Assembly (NCBI GenBank): GCA_043809245.1
Contig: JAZDDZ010000016.1
Location: forward strand, 1-40,806
DNA: 40,806 nt
Origin: Candidatus Iainarchaeum sp.
GTDB taxonomy: Archaea > Iainarchaeota > Iainarchaeia > Iainarchaeales > JAZDDZ01
Reading direction: 5' to 3'
Position numbers and translations under genes: made by a program. The notes below the pieces were generated by a model. It made no database searches and was not told where the DNA came from. It saw nothing but the letters and a program-made list of their open reading frames with translations. This document shows, in pieces, positions 1-9,460 of this stretch; position 1 is the first letter of the stretch, and each line of letters begins with the position of its first letter.

Positions 1-1002
1 CCTTCCGTGAAGCTGCTGCGGCATTTTTTCCGCGGGAGTGTTCGGGCGGGCTCCAAAACGCGAAATGTTGCAGATGCCCGGCTTAACTTTTTCCAGCAAA
101 GAAACGGTTGCATTGAAATCTTTTTCCGTTTCCCCTGGAAAACCCACAATCACGTCTGTTGAAAGAGTTAAGCCCTTGACCTTTGAACGGAATTTTTTCA
201 CAAGCAAGAGAAAATCTCGCGGGGAATAATCGCGCTTCATTGCCTTTAGAATTTTGCCTGAGCCCGATTGCACAGGCAAATGAAGGAACTTGTAAAGCCT
301 TTTGTCCTGAAAGCATTCAAGCATTTCATTCGCAATGGGCTTGAGGTGCGCGGGATTCATCATGCCCAAGCGCACGCGGTAATTGCCTTCAACTGAGAGA
401 AGCTCCTGCAAAAGCTCGGGAAGGCTTGAGCCAATGTCTTTTCCATAGCATGCAAGGTCCTGTGCGGTGAGCCACACTTCAGGCGCTTCCTTTACTGCCT
501 GCGCAAATTTTTTTTTCAGCGAAGCGATTGAATAGCTTTTCAGTGGACCGCGCGCCTGCTTCACGGAGCAATAGGTGCAGGAACCCAAACAGCCCCTGCA
601 TATTGGGATGATTGAAATGAATCTGTTTGAGCGCGCCTGCGCAATGGAGGGAGAGAAAGGCTGTTCAGGCAGATGAAAAAATTTTGAGAGCGATTCAAGC
701 GACGGAGGCAGCTGCACAATTTTTTTTGAAATCTCTGAAATTTTTTTGCCGCTGATTTTTGGAAGGCAGCCGAAAACAATCAATCGGAATTCCTTTTTTT
801 TGGAGAGCGCGTGCAGTTCGCGGATGCGCTTCAGCATCCTGTTCTCCGTCTGCTCTTTAACGGCACAAGTGTTAACTACTACATAATCAGAATTGTTTAT
901 TGTGCCCTGCGTGAAGCCGTTCTGCTGCAGGAATCCCTTAATCGCTTCAGTGTCCGCCTTGTTCAGCGAGCAGCCATATCCTTCAACAAAAAACCTTGGC
1001 AA
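1..1002 (-). CDS. MiaB-like tRNA methylthiotransferase (archaeal MtaB/CDKAL1 type), truncated at the window edge
   Basis: Not in the ORF track because it has no stop inside the window. Manual translation from TTG at 1002 gives MPRFFVEGYGCSLNKADTE...VVVNTCAVK...IVFGCLP (UPF0004 N-terminal cysteines), with an in-frame radical-SAM motif ICRGCLGSCTYC at about 570-600. Confidence 0.9.
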   Translation of the reverse strand, partial: MPRFFVEGYGCSLNKADTEAIKGFLQQNGFTQGTINNSDYVVVNTCAVKEQTENRMLKRIRELHALSKKKEFRLIVFGCLPKISGKKISEISKKIVQLPPSLESLSKFFHLPEQPFSPSIAQARSNRFISIIPICRGCLGSCTYCSVKQARGPLKSYSIASLKKKFAQAVKEAPEVWLTAQDLACYGKDIGSSLPELLQELLSVEGNYRVRLGMMNPAHLKPIANEMLECFQDKRLYKFLHLPVQSGSGKILKAMKRDYSPRDFLLLVKKFRSKVKGLTLSTDVIVGFPGETEKDFNATVSLLEKVKPGICNISRFGARPNTPAEKMPQQLHGR

Positions 1003-1046
1003 AAAAACCACAAAAAAAATTTGGATGCGAAAGGAATAATAGGCAT

Positions 1047-3524
1047 TCAGGAATTGAACTGCAGCATGCCCGAGGCATTGGTGCTGGCGGTTTTGTTTTG
1101 CGTTGCCCCTGTTGTCGTGTTCTCTATTTTGATGTCGTATGCTTTGCTTGCCTGCAGTCCGTTCACTGCATGGTTTATTGGGCTTGTCGTGTTATACTGG
1201 TAGATGAGGTTTTGCTGTGAACAGGCGTTAATGCTTCCGCCCGCCAAAGAGATTGTGCACGGGTTTGCAACGTTAACCGTGCACTGCACTGCGGGTGTGC
1301 AGCTTGGTGTTTGCCAGGAGCCATTGCAGCAGTAGCCTGAATCAACTATTCCTTCGCAAGCAATGGAGTTTGTTGGAATACACTCACCATCCCAAGCATC
1401 TGCAGTACAAGAATGTGAAGTATCTGCACAATTAAGATCTGGCTGTCCGGTCCCACAATAACAAACCCCAACAGTCTCAGGGGTTATTTTAACTGAATCG
1501 GGGCAAGCAGGAGGGCCTTGATATGAAGTTGAGACAGACGCATCATCAAGTAAAATTGTCCACTCATCCGGGGCAGTAAGCTCTAATGCCGGATTTACTT
1601 GGTCGCGAATGATGTTGTCAAGTCCAACTTGCCACGAAACAAAAGTGCTATCCGAAGTCCTTTCAAGCAATCCTGTTTTTTGTAAAACATGACGCCCATC
1701 AATCCATGCATCCCATCTACCATCAGACTCTCCAACTGTATTAAGTTTTATATGAACCTCGTATAAAATCCATTTTCCAGGACCATAATCAGTCCAGAAA
1801 ATATTAGGGTTTGCCTTCCATGGAATATGGGACGAAAAAGTTGTATATATGTTAAAGGATGAAAACACGCCAGGGATATATTCAGTACCATCAGAAAGGT
1901 CTATTCGACCAAGTTTTTGTGCTATTATATTAGGATACCATGTCCAGTCAGGATCATATTTTAGATACCATTGAAAGTATAAGTCTGTCTTAGTTGAATC
2001 AGCAAATGTTCCTCTTGCTCCAGAGGAGGGTTGCGTTCTTCCGCCCTCAAAATTGGCTTGAAAACAAGGCCCATTATCGCTACGCCCTCCATGCTCTGCG
2101 ATTGTTGAATCAGGTAGCCCATAGCCCGACCAATTATTAATGCCAGTATAATCCATACCGACACTACTTGCACTTGGTTTGCTAGTAGACAAATCAGAAG
2201 GATATGCCAAGAAGAGAGGATCACTTGGCCTTGCATCGGTCCAAGTAGAAAAATTATCTTTGAATATCACTCCTGTGCCAGGAACAGCGCAGCTTTGTGT
2301 TTCCACGGGTTTTGGGAGTGCTGGGCAGTTTGTTGTTGCAGGGTTTGGGTCTGTGCAGGTGCGGGTTTGTGTTCCATTTAAGCAAGTGCTCCAAGTGGTG
2401 CAACTCCATTGCTCTGTGCAAGGGCATACTGCGTCTGACCCATCGCAGTTTTCGTCCACTTCGTTTCCGCAAATCTCTGTTGTTGGAAAAACTGTTTGCG
2501 TGCAAGAACCCCAAGAACCATTAGAGCAGAACTGTGTTCCCACAGCACAAATGCCCTGCAATCCGGTTGAACAGCTTTGGTTTGCATCGTTAGTGCAGCC
2601 AGAGGAAGGGCTCCAAACCCCGTTGTTGCAGTAACCCGAGTCAACTACTCCAGTGCATGCTGTTGTGTTTGTTGGCGAGCACGCAGGGTTTGGCGTGGCG
2701 GTTCCACAATAACAGGCGCCAACGTTTTCCGGAGTAATTTCGGTTCCATTCGGGCATGGCTCCGGGCCTAAATATGTGGTGCTGACTTTCACGTCATCCA
2801 ATCTGACCCACCATTCATCCGGTGCAATGCCTTCCAAGGCATGATTGTTTGTGTTGTCGCCTATGTTGAAATAATCAACTAAAGCCGCTTCATTAATCCA
2901 TCTGACATCGTTGAAATCCTGCCGCAGTTCTCCGTTAATCCATGTCTGAAGTATTCCATTTGCTTGCCCCATAGTATTGGCAACCATGCGCCACTCTATG
3001 CTGTACCAGTTGCCAGCGCCGTACTCTGAGAAATGTGTCGGGGGATCATACTGGCGTTCCCAGGATTCCACTGTGTTCCCGCCTGTTAAAGCGACATCAG
3101 GCCAGGACCAATTCGGGACAAAAACAAAATACTTTGTGTCATGCCCCCAAAACATCCTTCCCATTTTGAAAAAAGTCAGGTTCTGCCAAACCCATCTTGG
3201 GTCGAATTTGGTGTACCACCTGAAGTAGATTTCAGATTGCCCGGGAACAGATTTACTTAACCTCCCAGATGGTTCTCCTCTATCTTCGTAGTTTACTTGA
3301 AAGCACCCTGAATTAAGCCTTCCACAGGAGTCGCCAAAAATTTCTCCATCGGCGGCGCCGTAAGTGCTGTAGTCAGTGTAACCATTCCAGTTTGGGGGAT
3401 TTGTTCCCATTTTTGAATTCCAGTAAGGCGAACCATCAAAGTTATCCTGGAAAATGACTGCAGCCGAGGCAGTATGCATTAATGCGGTTGCGAGAATTAA
3501 AGCAAGGGCGATTTTTCCATTCAT
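1047..3524 (-). CDS. Secreted Cys-rich surface protein with two tandem polysaccharide-lyase/ConA-like beta-sandwich modules
   Basis: Likely start is ATG 3524 (MNGKIALALILATALMHTASA signal peptide; TATA-like element about 25-35 nt upstream). Two homologous ~280-320 aa units (VIFxDNF...YFxWYxKxDPxWxW...WIxG...LDDxxVS...CYCGT...VDSGYC). The linker has EICGNEVDENCDG (Cu-binding_MopE-like) and WSCTTWSTC..GTQTRTC (TSP1-like) motifs. Confidence 0.75.
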   Translation of the reverse strand: MNGKIALALILATALMHTASAAVIFQDNFDGSPYWNSKMGTNPPNWNGYTDYSTYGAADGEIFGDSCGRLNSGCFQVNYEDRGEPSGRLSKSVPGQSEIYFRWYTKFDPRWVWQNLTFFKMGRMFWGHDTKYFVFVPNWSWPDVALTGGNTVESWERQYDPPTHFSEYGAGNWYSIEWRMVANTMGQANGILQTWINGELRQDFNDVRWINEAALVDYFNIGDNTNNHALEGIAPDEWWVRLDDVKVSTTYLGPEPCPNGTEITPENVGACYCGTATPNPACSPTNTTACTGVVDSGYCNNGVWSPSSGCTNDANQSCSTGLQGICAVGTQFCSNGSWGSCTQTVFPTTEICGNEVDENCDGSDAVCPCTEQWSCTTWSTCLNGTQTRTCTDPNPATTNCPALPKPVETQSCAVPGTGVIFKDNFSTWTDARPSDPLFLAYPSDLSTSKPSASSVGMDYTGINNWSGYGLPDSTIAEHGGRSDNGPCFQANFEGGRTQPSSGARGTFADSTKTDLYFQWYLKYDPDWTWYPNIIAQKLGRIDLSDGTEYIPGVFSSFNIYTTFSSHIPWKANPNIFWTDYGPGKWILYEVHIKLNTVGESDGRWDAWIDGRHVLQKTGLLERTSDSTFVSWQVGLDNIIRDQVNPALELTAPDEWTILLDDASVSTSYQGPPACPDSVKITPETVGVCYCGTGQPDLNCADTSHSCTADAWDGECIPTNSIACEGIVDSGYCCNGSWQTPSCTPAVQCTVNVANPCTISLAGGSINACSQQNLIYQYNTTSPINHAVNGLQASKAYDIKIENTTTGATQNKTASTNASGMLQFNS

Positions 3525-3559
3525 CTTAGGTAAAAGAAGGTTCAAACTTGTATATATGC

Positions 3560-4048
3560 TTATTTTTTCGCGTTCTGCTGCGGCGTGGTTTTTAGGATTA
3601 TCACGCGTGACGCCCAGCCGCAGACCGCGGCTAAAACGAATACAAGGAAGGCTGAATCCAGCAGCATTGGAAGGAAATCAAAGTCAAAGTAAAGGCAATA
3701 GCCAACCTTTTGCCCGCTTAACTGTGCCGCGTTTGAGATATAGCAGGAGATTGCGAAATAGTATGCGATGACTGAAATCAGGATTAGGAGCAACGGCATC
3801 CAAATAGAGTAAGCGGCTTTTGTTTCAAAGTACTCGTTAACCCAGTCAAGCAAAAAGTACATGAAGAAAAACCCGGAAATCGGAATCAGGAAAAACATGT
3901 AGTCAAGCTGGTCTAGCTTGCCTGTCCAGCCCCAGTCATGCATGCTTAAGCCGAGATTGAATGAATTGAAAATCAGCGGAAGCAGGTAAAGCAATGCGTA
4001 GAATACAAGGAATAGGACAATTATTTTTGCAGCGTCATTCCTGTTCAA
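3560..4048 (-). CDS. Hypothetical integral membrane protein (about 4 TM)
   Basis: 162-aa ORF with four hydrophobic segments, co-oriented with the downstream gene. Confidence 0.75.
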   Translation of the reverse strand: MNRNDAAKIIVLFLVFYALLYLLPLIFNSFNLGLSMHDWGWTGKLDQLDYMFFLIPISGFFFMYFLLDWVNEYFETKAAYSIWMPLLLILISVIAYYFAISCYISNAAQLSGQKVGYCLYFDFDFLPMLLDSAFLVFVLAAVCGWASRVIILKTTPQQNAKK

Positions 4049-4113
4049 ATAGGCTCACTTAACATTTATGGAAGTGGTTTAATTTAAAACCCTTATTAAG
4101 GCAAGGTTTTATT

Positions 4114-5085
4114 ATGGATCCTTTAACGCTGGATTTGCCTTGGGTTGAGAAATACAGGCCCGCTAAGCTAGAGGAAGTTGTCGGGCAAACTGAAGCGGTA
4201 AGGCATTTGAAGAGCTATGTGAAGAACCGAAACCTGCCGAACCTTTTGTTTTCAGGGCACGCGGGAGTCGGAAAAACAAGCGCTTCGGTTGCGCTTGCAA
4301 AAGAACTGTACGGCAATGAATTCGGGCAGAACTTCATGGAGTTAAATGCCTCTGATGACAGGGGAATAGATGTTGTGAGAAAAACCATCAAGGAGTTTGC
4401 GAGGACTCTGGCGTTCAATTCCTCTTTTAAGATAATTTTTCTGGACGAATCAGACGCATTGACTTCTGATGCGCAGCAGGCATTGAGGAGGACAATGGAA
4501 AGGTACACTAAAACATGCCGTTTTATCCTTTCGTGCAATTTTTCTAGCCGTATTATCGAACCTATTCAGAGCCGCTGTGTTGTTTACCGCTTCAAGCCTT
4601 TAAGCGCCAAGGAAATCACTGACAAGCTTTTGGACATCGCAAAAAAAGAGTCAGTGAAAATTGATGAAAAGGCATTGAAGGCAATTGTTTACGTTGCGGA
4701 AGGCGACTTAAGGAAAGCAATAAATGTTCTGGAGGCAAGCGCTTCCTTGGGAAAAGAGGTAAACGAGGAAACAGTTTACAGCGTTTCCTCCCGCGCAAGG
4801 CCTGAAGAAGCAAAGGAAATAATCAGGCAGGCGCTTGCCGGAAAGTTTTTGGAGGCAAGGCAACTGCTGGACAAGCTTTTATACGAGCACGGAATGAGCG
4901 GAGAAGATGTTTTGCTGCAGATTTACCGTGAACTGGTTGACTTGCCTGAAAGCGAACTGGACGGAAAAACAAAAATCGCTTTGCTGGACATCATAGGCGA
5001 TTACAATTTCAGAATAGTTGAAGGCGCCAACGAAAGGATTCAGCTGGAAGCACTGCTTGCGCAGTTCGGGAAATTCAAGAAGTGA
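4114..5085 (+). CDS. rfcS: Replication factor C small subunit
   Basis: PWVEKYRP, Walker A GHAGVGKT, ELNASDDRG, Walker B FLDESD, SRC motif; no intein. Confidence 0.97.
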   Translation: MDPLTLDLPWVEKYRPAKLEEVVGQTEAVRHLKSYVKNRNLPNLLFSGHAGVGKTSASVALAKELYGNEFGQNFMELNASDDRGIDVVRKTIKEFARTLAFNSSFKIIFLDESDALTSDAQQALRRTMERYTKTCRFILSCNFSSRIIEPIQSRCVVYRFKPLSAKEITDKLLDIAKKESVKIDEKALKAIVYVAEGDLRKAINVLEASASLGKEVNEETVYSVSSRARPEEAKEIIRQALAGKFLEARQLLDKLLYEHGMSGEDVLLQIYRELVDLPESELDGKTKIALLDIIGDYNFRIVEGANERIQLEALLAQFGKFKK

Positions 5086-5090
5086 GTGAA

Positions 5091-5438
5091 ATGGCTGAGA
5101 AAATGTTTAAAGTGAATTGTGACTGGTGCAAGAAAGAGATTGAGTGCCCTGAGGGAATGATGAACGCGGAAAAACACGCCTGCTTTGACTGTTTTATGGC
5201 GTTGCAGGGTGAATTGGGCAAAATGCATCCTGCAAAACTTCACATTGATGCTCCTAGAAAAGAGCTCGAAGAAAAAATGCCTGAAATGCTTTCCCTGGAG
5301 CTTACCAACGAGGTTTTTCCAAAAATATGGGGTGAAGAAAAAGAAAACCTGAAAAAAATGCAGAAAAAAGAATTGGCAAAGACAATGTTTGCAACGGGTG
5401 CGGCAATAATGCTGGAATCCTTAAAAAAAAATGGATGA
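5091..5438 (+). CDS. Hypothetical protein with N-terminal Zn-finger-like Cys motifs
   Basis: CDWC..ECP...HACFDC; follows rfcS directly (GTG 5082 or ATG 5091). Confidence 0.7.
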   Translation: MAEKMFKVNCDWCKKEIECPEGMMNAEKHACFDCFMALQGELGKMHPAKLHIDAPRKELEEKMPEMLSLELTNEVFPKIWGEEKENLKKMQKKELAKTMFATGAAIMLESLKKNG

Positions 5439-5467
5439 AAACGAAGAAGAGGATGAAGCAATTTAAT

Positions 5468-6700
5468 TCACACGAATTCGCTTATCTTTCTCTGGTTTTT
5501 AATCAAATCCAACAGCTTGCTTTCTTTTTTGTAGCGCTGCATTGGAATTTTGAGCTTTTGTTCCAAGAATTTCAGGGACAATTCAAGCGAGGAAAAGGAA
5601 AGCGGTTTTTTCTGCATTGCTTTTCTCACGGTTTCGCGAATAACCCACACGCCTAAGGGAACGCCGTATCCTTCCCCTACTTCGCGGAAAACAATCGCTC
5701 CGCCCTGGCGCTTTTCTTTCGCAAAATATTCCGCAACCGCAAGCCTTGCACTGTAATAGGCGCCGGAAATGTTTTCCGCGTAAGTTTTTCTTCCGTTAAA
5801 GAATTCGTGGTCCTGCGCAATCGTTGGCTCTTTTGCATTCATTGCCCAGCTTGCGCCGGGAAGCCAGGCCTCCAATTGCTCAAAGCACCATGAACTCGGA
5901 AAAAGCAAAACCCAAAAATTGTTGTCCAAGTAAGAGGCATTGAATAAAAGCGTTTCACCTAACTGCGGGAATTTTTTCACTTTTTCGTTGACAATTTTTT
6001 TTGAAATTATGTCATCGGTTGCTGCAATGGACCAGCGCGTTGGAACAAACCTGCGCTGCTTTTTCACTCCAAGGAGGCCAGAGGATAGAAGCTTGTAGAG
6101 GTATGAAACATTGAAGCGCTCGGAGTAAAGCTCGGACAAGGCGGTTTCCGCTTTCACTTCCCCGTCTGAAACCAAATAATCCACTTTTTGCGGAATCGTG
6201 GGGTTGCCTGTTAGCTGAAAGCTTTTCATTTCCGCGCTTGGACCCATTGGCGCAACTGATTCGTGAAATGAAAGCCTTGCAGTCGGCTTTGAACGCAGCT
6301 CCACTTCAACTTCCACTGGCCGTTCAGCCATTGCAAGCTCCTGCATTTCGGAAACCTTGTATGATGGGTTTGCCGCATCGGAAACCAAAATTTTTTTTCT
6401 CGCACCAATCAATTGCTCGCGCATTGAGAGGATTTTCTGCTGAGAGAAGCCAAACCATTGTTCCGGGGAGTCAAAGGAATCAATTCCTTCAGGCAAAGGC
6501 GAGGAAAGCGGCGCAAGGGAGACATCAGGATAATTGCGCCATGAAATGAAAAGCGAGGGAGGCGTGCTTCCCTCAAAGGAGGTTCCGTCAATTTGTTTAA
6601 CTGCATTGGAGACAGTTGAATAGCGGTCAAGTATAACACAGCTGCTTAAGCCGCAGAAAAGGCGGCCTTTGCATTTAATGCAGAGCTTGGGGGAAATCAT
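5468..6700 (-). CDS. nreA: Nre family PCNA-interacting DNA repair protein
   Basis: N-terminal CxxCKG..CG...C, PTRWSIAATDD, GAYYSARL, PLGVWVIRE, and C-terminal PIP-box-like QRKISEF. Confidence 0.92.
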   Translation of the reverse strand: MISPKLCIKCKGRLFCGLSSCVILDRYSTVSNAVKQIDGTSFEGSTPPSLFISWRNYPDVSLAPLSSPLPEGIDSFDSPEQWFGFSQQKILSMREQLIGARKKILVSDAANPSYKVSEMQELAMAERPVEVEVELRSKPTARLSFHESVAPMGPSAEMKSFQLTGNPTIPQKVDYLVSDGEVKAETALSELYSERFNVSYLYKLLSSGLLGVKKQRRFVPTRWSIAATDDIISKKIVNEKVKKFPQLGETLLFNASYLDNNFWVLLFPSSWCFEQLEAWLPGASWAMNAKEPTIAQDHEFFNGRKTYAENISGAYYSARLAVAEYFAKEKRQGGAIVFREVGEGYGVPLGVWVIRETVRKAMQKKPLSFSSLELSLKFLEQKLKIPMQRYKKESKLLDLIKNQRKISEFV

Positions 6701-6724
6701 AAGGGAATTGGAGTGGAAAATGGT

Positions 6725-6744
6725 TAAAACAGTTCCATTTAAAA
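6725..6744 (+). repeat. 20-bp direct repeat, copy 1 (TAAAACAGTTCCATTTAAAA)
   Basis: Identical to 7302-7321. Confidence 0.9.
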
Positions 6745-6812
6745 AAAATTTAAATGTGACGCGGCAACGGAAATTTATTAAAATTAGGCACCCTATATTT
6801 TATCAGGTTTAG

Positions 6813-7304
6813 ATGGGTAATAGGGCAAACATTCCAAAAAACAGGGCAGCAGCCAAAATGCCTGAGAGATTCGCGGGCAGAAGGCTTGTTGATAAGAGAA
6901 CCGCATTAGGATATAAGTTGACTAATGCTTTTTTGAGGCGAATCTATGATCCTAAAATCGAATCCTTTCTCGCATACCACATAACAGTTGAGCCTAAGCC
7001 AGTTGCTCCAAAAAAGATTAAGAACGGGATAAATGCTATAATTCAAAATAGGCGCGGAGAGCAGGCATTGGGTTTTTTTAAAACGGTAAATGGAGTCAGG
7101 GTTTTCATACCTGTTTTTACGAAACCCGCTGGAGGCAATACATTCCATAAAACGATTCCCTATTCCAATGGAGCCCATATTAACCGTCGCCCTGTGAAAG
7201 ATGAAAAGATATCGACCAAGTTTGACCAATTGGGGTCTGCAACCGAAGAATGGATTTTTAATGACCAAAGCGGTTTAAGTCTGTATAGGTTTAAAGCAAC
7301 CTAA
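6813..7304 (+). CDS. Orphan basic protein (163 aa)
   Basis: Full ORF with ATG and an AT-rich upstream region; R/K-rich N-terminus; no recognisable family. Confidence 0.65.
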   Translation: MGNRANIPKNRAAAKMPERFAGRRLVDKRTALGYKLTNAFLRRIYDPKIESFLAYHITVEPKPVAPKKIKNGINAIIQNRRGEQALGFFKTVNGVRVFIPVFTKPAGGNTFHKTIPYSNGAHINRRPVKDEKISTKFDQLGSATEEWIFNDQSGLSLYRFKAT

Positions 7305-7321
7305 AACAGTTCCATTTAAAA
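7302..7321 (+). repeat. 20-bp direct repeat, copy 2 (overlaps the orphan's TAA stop)
   Basis: Identical to 6725-6744; partial third copy AAACAGTTCC at 7375-7384. Confidence 0.9.
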
Positions 7322-7465
7322 GATTAAAAGTGCAATAATTTTTCGGGTTTTGTGCATGAATAGAAGGGATTTACAAACAGTTCCGCAGTGAATGCCCTGA
7401 TTTGTTTAGCGGTTTCTTTTGCGCTTATTTTGATTCACAAGCTTTAAATTCCCTTTTAACCTTTA

Positions 7466-9391
7466 ATGGAAGTGATTGCAGTGGCTAGTGAAAAGATTCA
7501 GCTGACTTTTCCTGATGGCGCAAAAAAAGAGTTCAAAAAGGGCATCACAGGCATTGAGGTTGCGAAAAGCATTGGGAGAAGGCTGGCTGAGGATGCGTTA
7601 GCGGTTAAGTTGAATGGAAAGCAAAAGGACTTGAGTGCTTTGCTGAATGAAGGCGGCAGCTTTGAAGTTTTGACCTGGAATTCAAAGGAAGGGAAAAGCG
7701 TTTTCTGGCACAGCGCTTCGCATTTAATGACACAGGCAGTGTTAAGGGTATTCAAAGGCCAGAATATTGGTTTGGGCGTTGGCACTGCAATAGATGATGG
7801 TTTTTACCAGGATTATGATTTAAAAGAACTGCATCCCGAGGACCTGGAAAAAATTGAGAAAGAAATGCAAAAAATTGTGAATGAAAAATTAAGGGTAACC
7901 CAAAGGGATGTTCCAAAAAAAGACGCGCTCAACTTCTACAAAAAAGACCCCTACAAAACCGAGCTGGTTAACGCGGTTGCCGGGGAAAAAGTCAGCATGT
8001 ACAGCCAGGGCGAATTTGACAACTTATGCAAGGGGCCGCATGTTCCAAACATGGATTATATCAGCGCATTTAAATTAACAAAAATTGCAGGGGCGTATTG
8101 GAGGGGGGACTCAAAAAATAAAATGCTTACAAGGATTTACGGAATCGCTTTCCCTGAAAAAAAATTGCTTGACGCGTGGCTGCACTTGATTGAAGAGGCG
8201 GATAAAAGAAACCATTTGAAGCTGGGAAAAGAGATGGATTTGTTTTCAATGCAGCCCGAGGCCCCTGGATGCGTGTTCATGCACCCAAAGGGAATGGTTA
8301 TCTGGAATGATTTGATTGATTTTTGGAGGCAGGAGCACTTCAGGCGCGGTTACTCGGAAATAAGCACGCCCCTGATTTTGAAAAAGGATTTGTGGATTAG
8401 GTCAGGGCACTGGGACCATTACCGCAACAACATGTATTTCACGAAAATAGATGAAGAGGATTTTGCGGTCAAGCCAATGAACTGCCCTGGGGGAATGCTT
8501 GTGTATAAAACGAAGAGGCACAGTTACCGCGAGCTGCCGATAAGGATGGCTGAGCTTGGCACAGTCCACAGGCATGAATTATCCGGGGTGCTTAACGGAT
8601 TGTTCCGCGTGAGAAAATTCACGCAGGATGACGCGCATATTTTCTGCACTCCCGAACAGGTTGAAAAAGAGGTCATGGGCGTGATTGAATTGATTGACTT
8701 CATTTACAGGGCAATTGGGTTCAGGGATTACAATGTTGAATTGAGCACCAGGCCCGAGAAGGCAATGGGTTCACTGGAGCAGTGGAATAAAGCGGAGAGC
8801 GCGTTAAAGCATGCGCTTGAGGGAAAGGGAATCAAGTACAAAATCAATCCGGGTGACGGAGCGTTTTACGGTCCCAAAATAGATTTCCACGTTAAGGACG
8901 CTTTGGGGAGAACCTGGCAGTGCGCGACAATCCAGCTGGATTTCCAGATGCCTGAAAAATTCGGCTTAAAGTACATCGGCGCTGATGACAACGAGCATGT
9001 GCCTGCAATGATTCACCGCGTTATATTCGGCTCAATTGAGAGGCTCATTGGCATATTGATTGAGCATTTTGGCGGAAAATTTCCATTATGGCTTGCGCCG
9101 GTTCAGGTTAAGGTAGTCCCGGTAAGCGAAAAATTCAACGCTTTTGCGGCAAAGGTTTTGGCGCAGCTGAGGGAAAAAGGGATTAGGGCTGAATTGGATG
9201 AAAGGAATGAAACTGTTTCACACAAGATAAGGGACGCACAACTGGAAAAAGTGCCGCTGATTGCTGTTGCAGGGGAAAAAGAGCAGAAAGATGGAACGGT
9301 TAACGTTAGGGATCGCGAGGGAAAGCAAAGGGAACTGAAGCTGGATGAATTCGTTGCGGACTTGCTGAAAAAAATCAGGGAAAAGGCTTAG
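7466..9391 (+). CDS. thrS: Threonine--tRNA ligase (bacterial-type, TGS plus N2 editing domain)
   Basis: TGS-like N-terminus (LTFPDG), WHSASH and LCKGPH editing motifs, KPMNCP, FTQDDAH, GAFYGPKID, IHRVIFGSIER. Start may be GTG 7481. Confidence 0.97.
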   Translation: MEVIAVASEKIQLTFPDGAKKEFKKGITGIEVAKSIGRRLAEDALAVKLNGKQKDLSALLNEGGSFEVLTWNSKEGKSVFWHSASHLMTQAVLRVFKGQNIGLGVGTAIDDGFYQDYDLKELHPEDLEKIEKEMQKIVNEKLRVTQRDVPKKDALNFYKKDPYKTELVNAVAGEKVSMYSQGEFDNLCKGPHVPNMDYISAFKLTKIAGAYWRGDSKNKMLTRIYGIAFPEKKLLDAWLHLIEEADKRNHLKLGKEMDLFSMQPEAPGCVFMHPKGMVIWNDLIDFWRQEHFRRGYSEISTPLILKKDLWIRSGHWDHYRNNMYFTKIDEEDFAVKPMNCPGGMLVYKTKRHSYRELPIRMAELGTVHRHELSGVLNGLFRVRKFTQDDAHIFCTPEQVEKEVMGVIELIDFIYRAIGFRDYNVELSTRPEKAMGSLEQWNKAESALKHALEGKGIKYKINPGDGAFYGPKIDFHVKDALGRTWQCATIQLDFQMPEKFGLKYIGADDNEHVPAMIHRVIFGSIERLIGILIEHFGGKFPLWLAPVQVKVVPVSEKFNAFAAKVLAQLREKGIRAELDERNETVSHKIRDAQLEKVPLIAVAGEKEQKDGTVNVRDREGKQRELKLDEFVADLLKKIREKA

Positions 9392-9460
9392 CAAACATTC
9401 AACTTTTCAGGGCGCAAAGCTTTAAATAATCGAACAGCGTTTTTTTATTGGCGTGTTTTA

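Noticed and set aside
1001-1022. Poly-A/T tracts here and in many genes as phase-variation sites
   Set aside because: A7-A9 runs are ubiquitous from Lys codons and T-rich terminators, and no frameshifted gene was seen.
38-1220. Short ORFs listed at 38-229, 83-316, 561-779, 811-1203 and 996-1220
   Set aside because: They are shadows of the MiaB-like gene (1002 to <1, - strand) and of the 3' end of the surface-protein gene.
6797-6812. Similar upstream sequence before the orphan at 6813 (TTTTATCAGGTTTAG) and the CysK-like gene (TTTTCTGGTTAGG)
   Set aside because: Too short and degenerate to distinguish from RBS-like or chance similarity with two examples.
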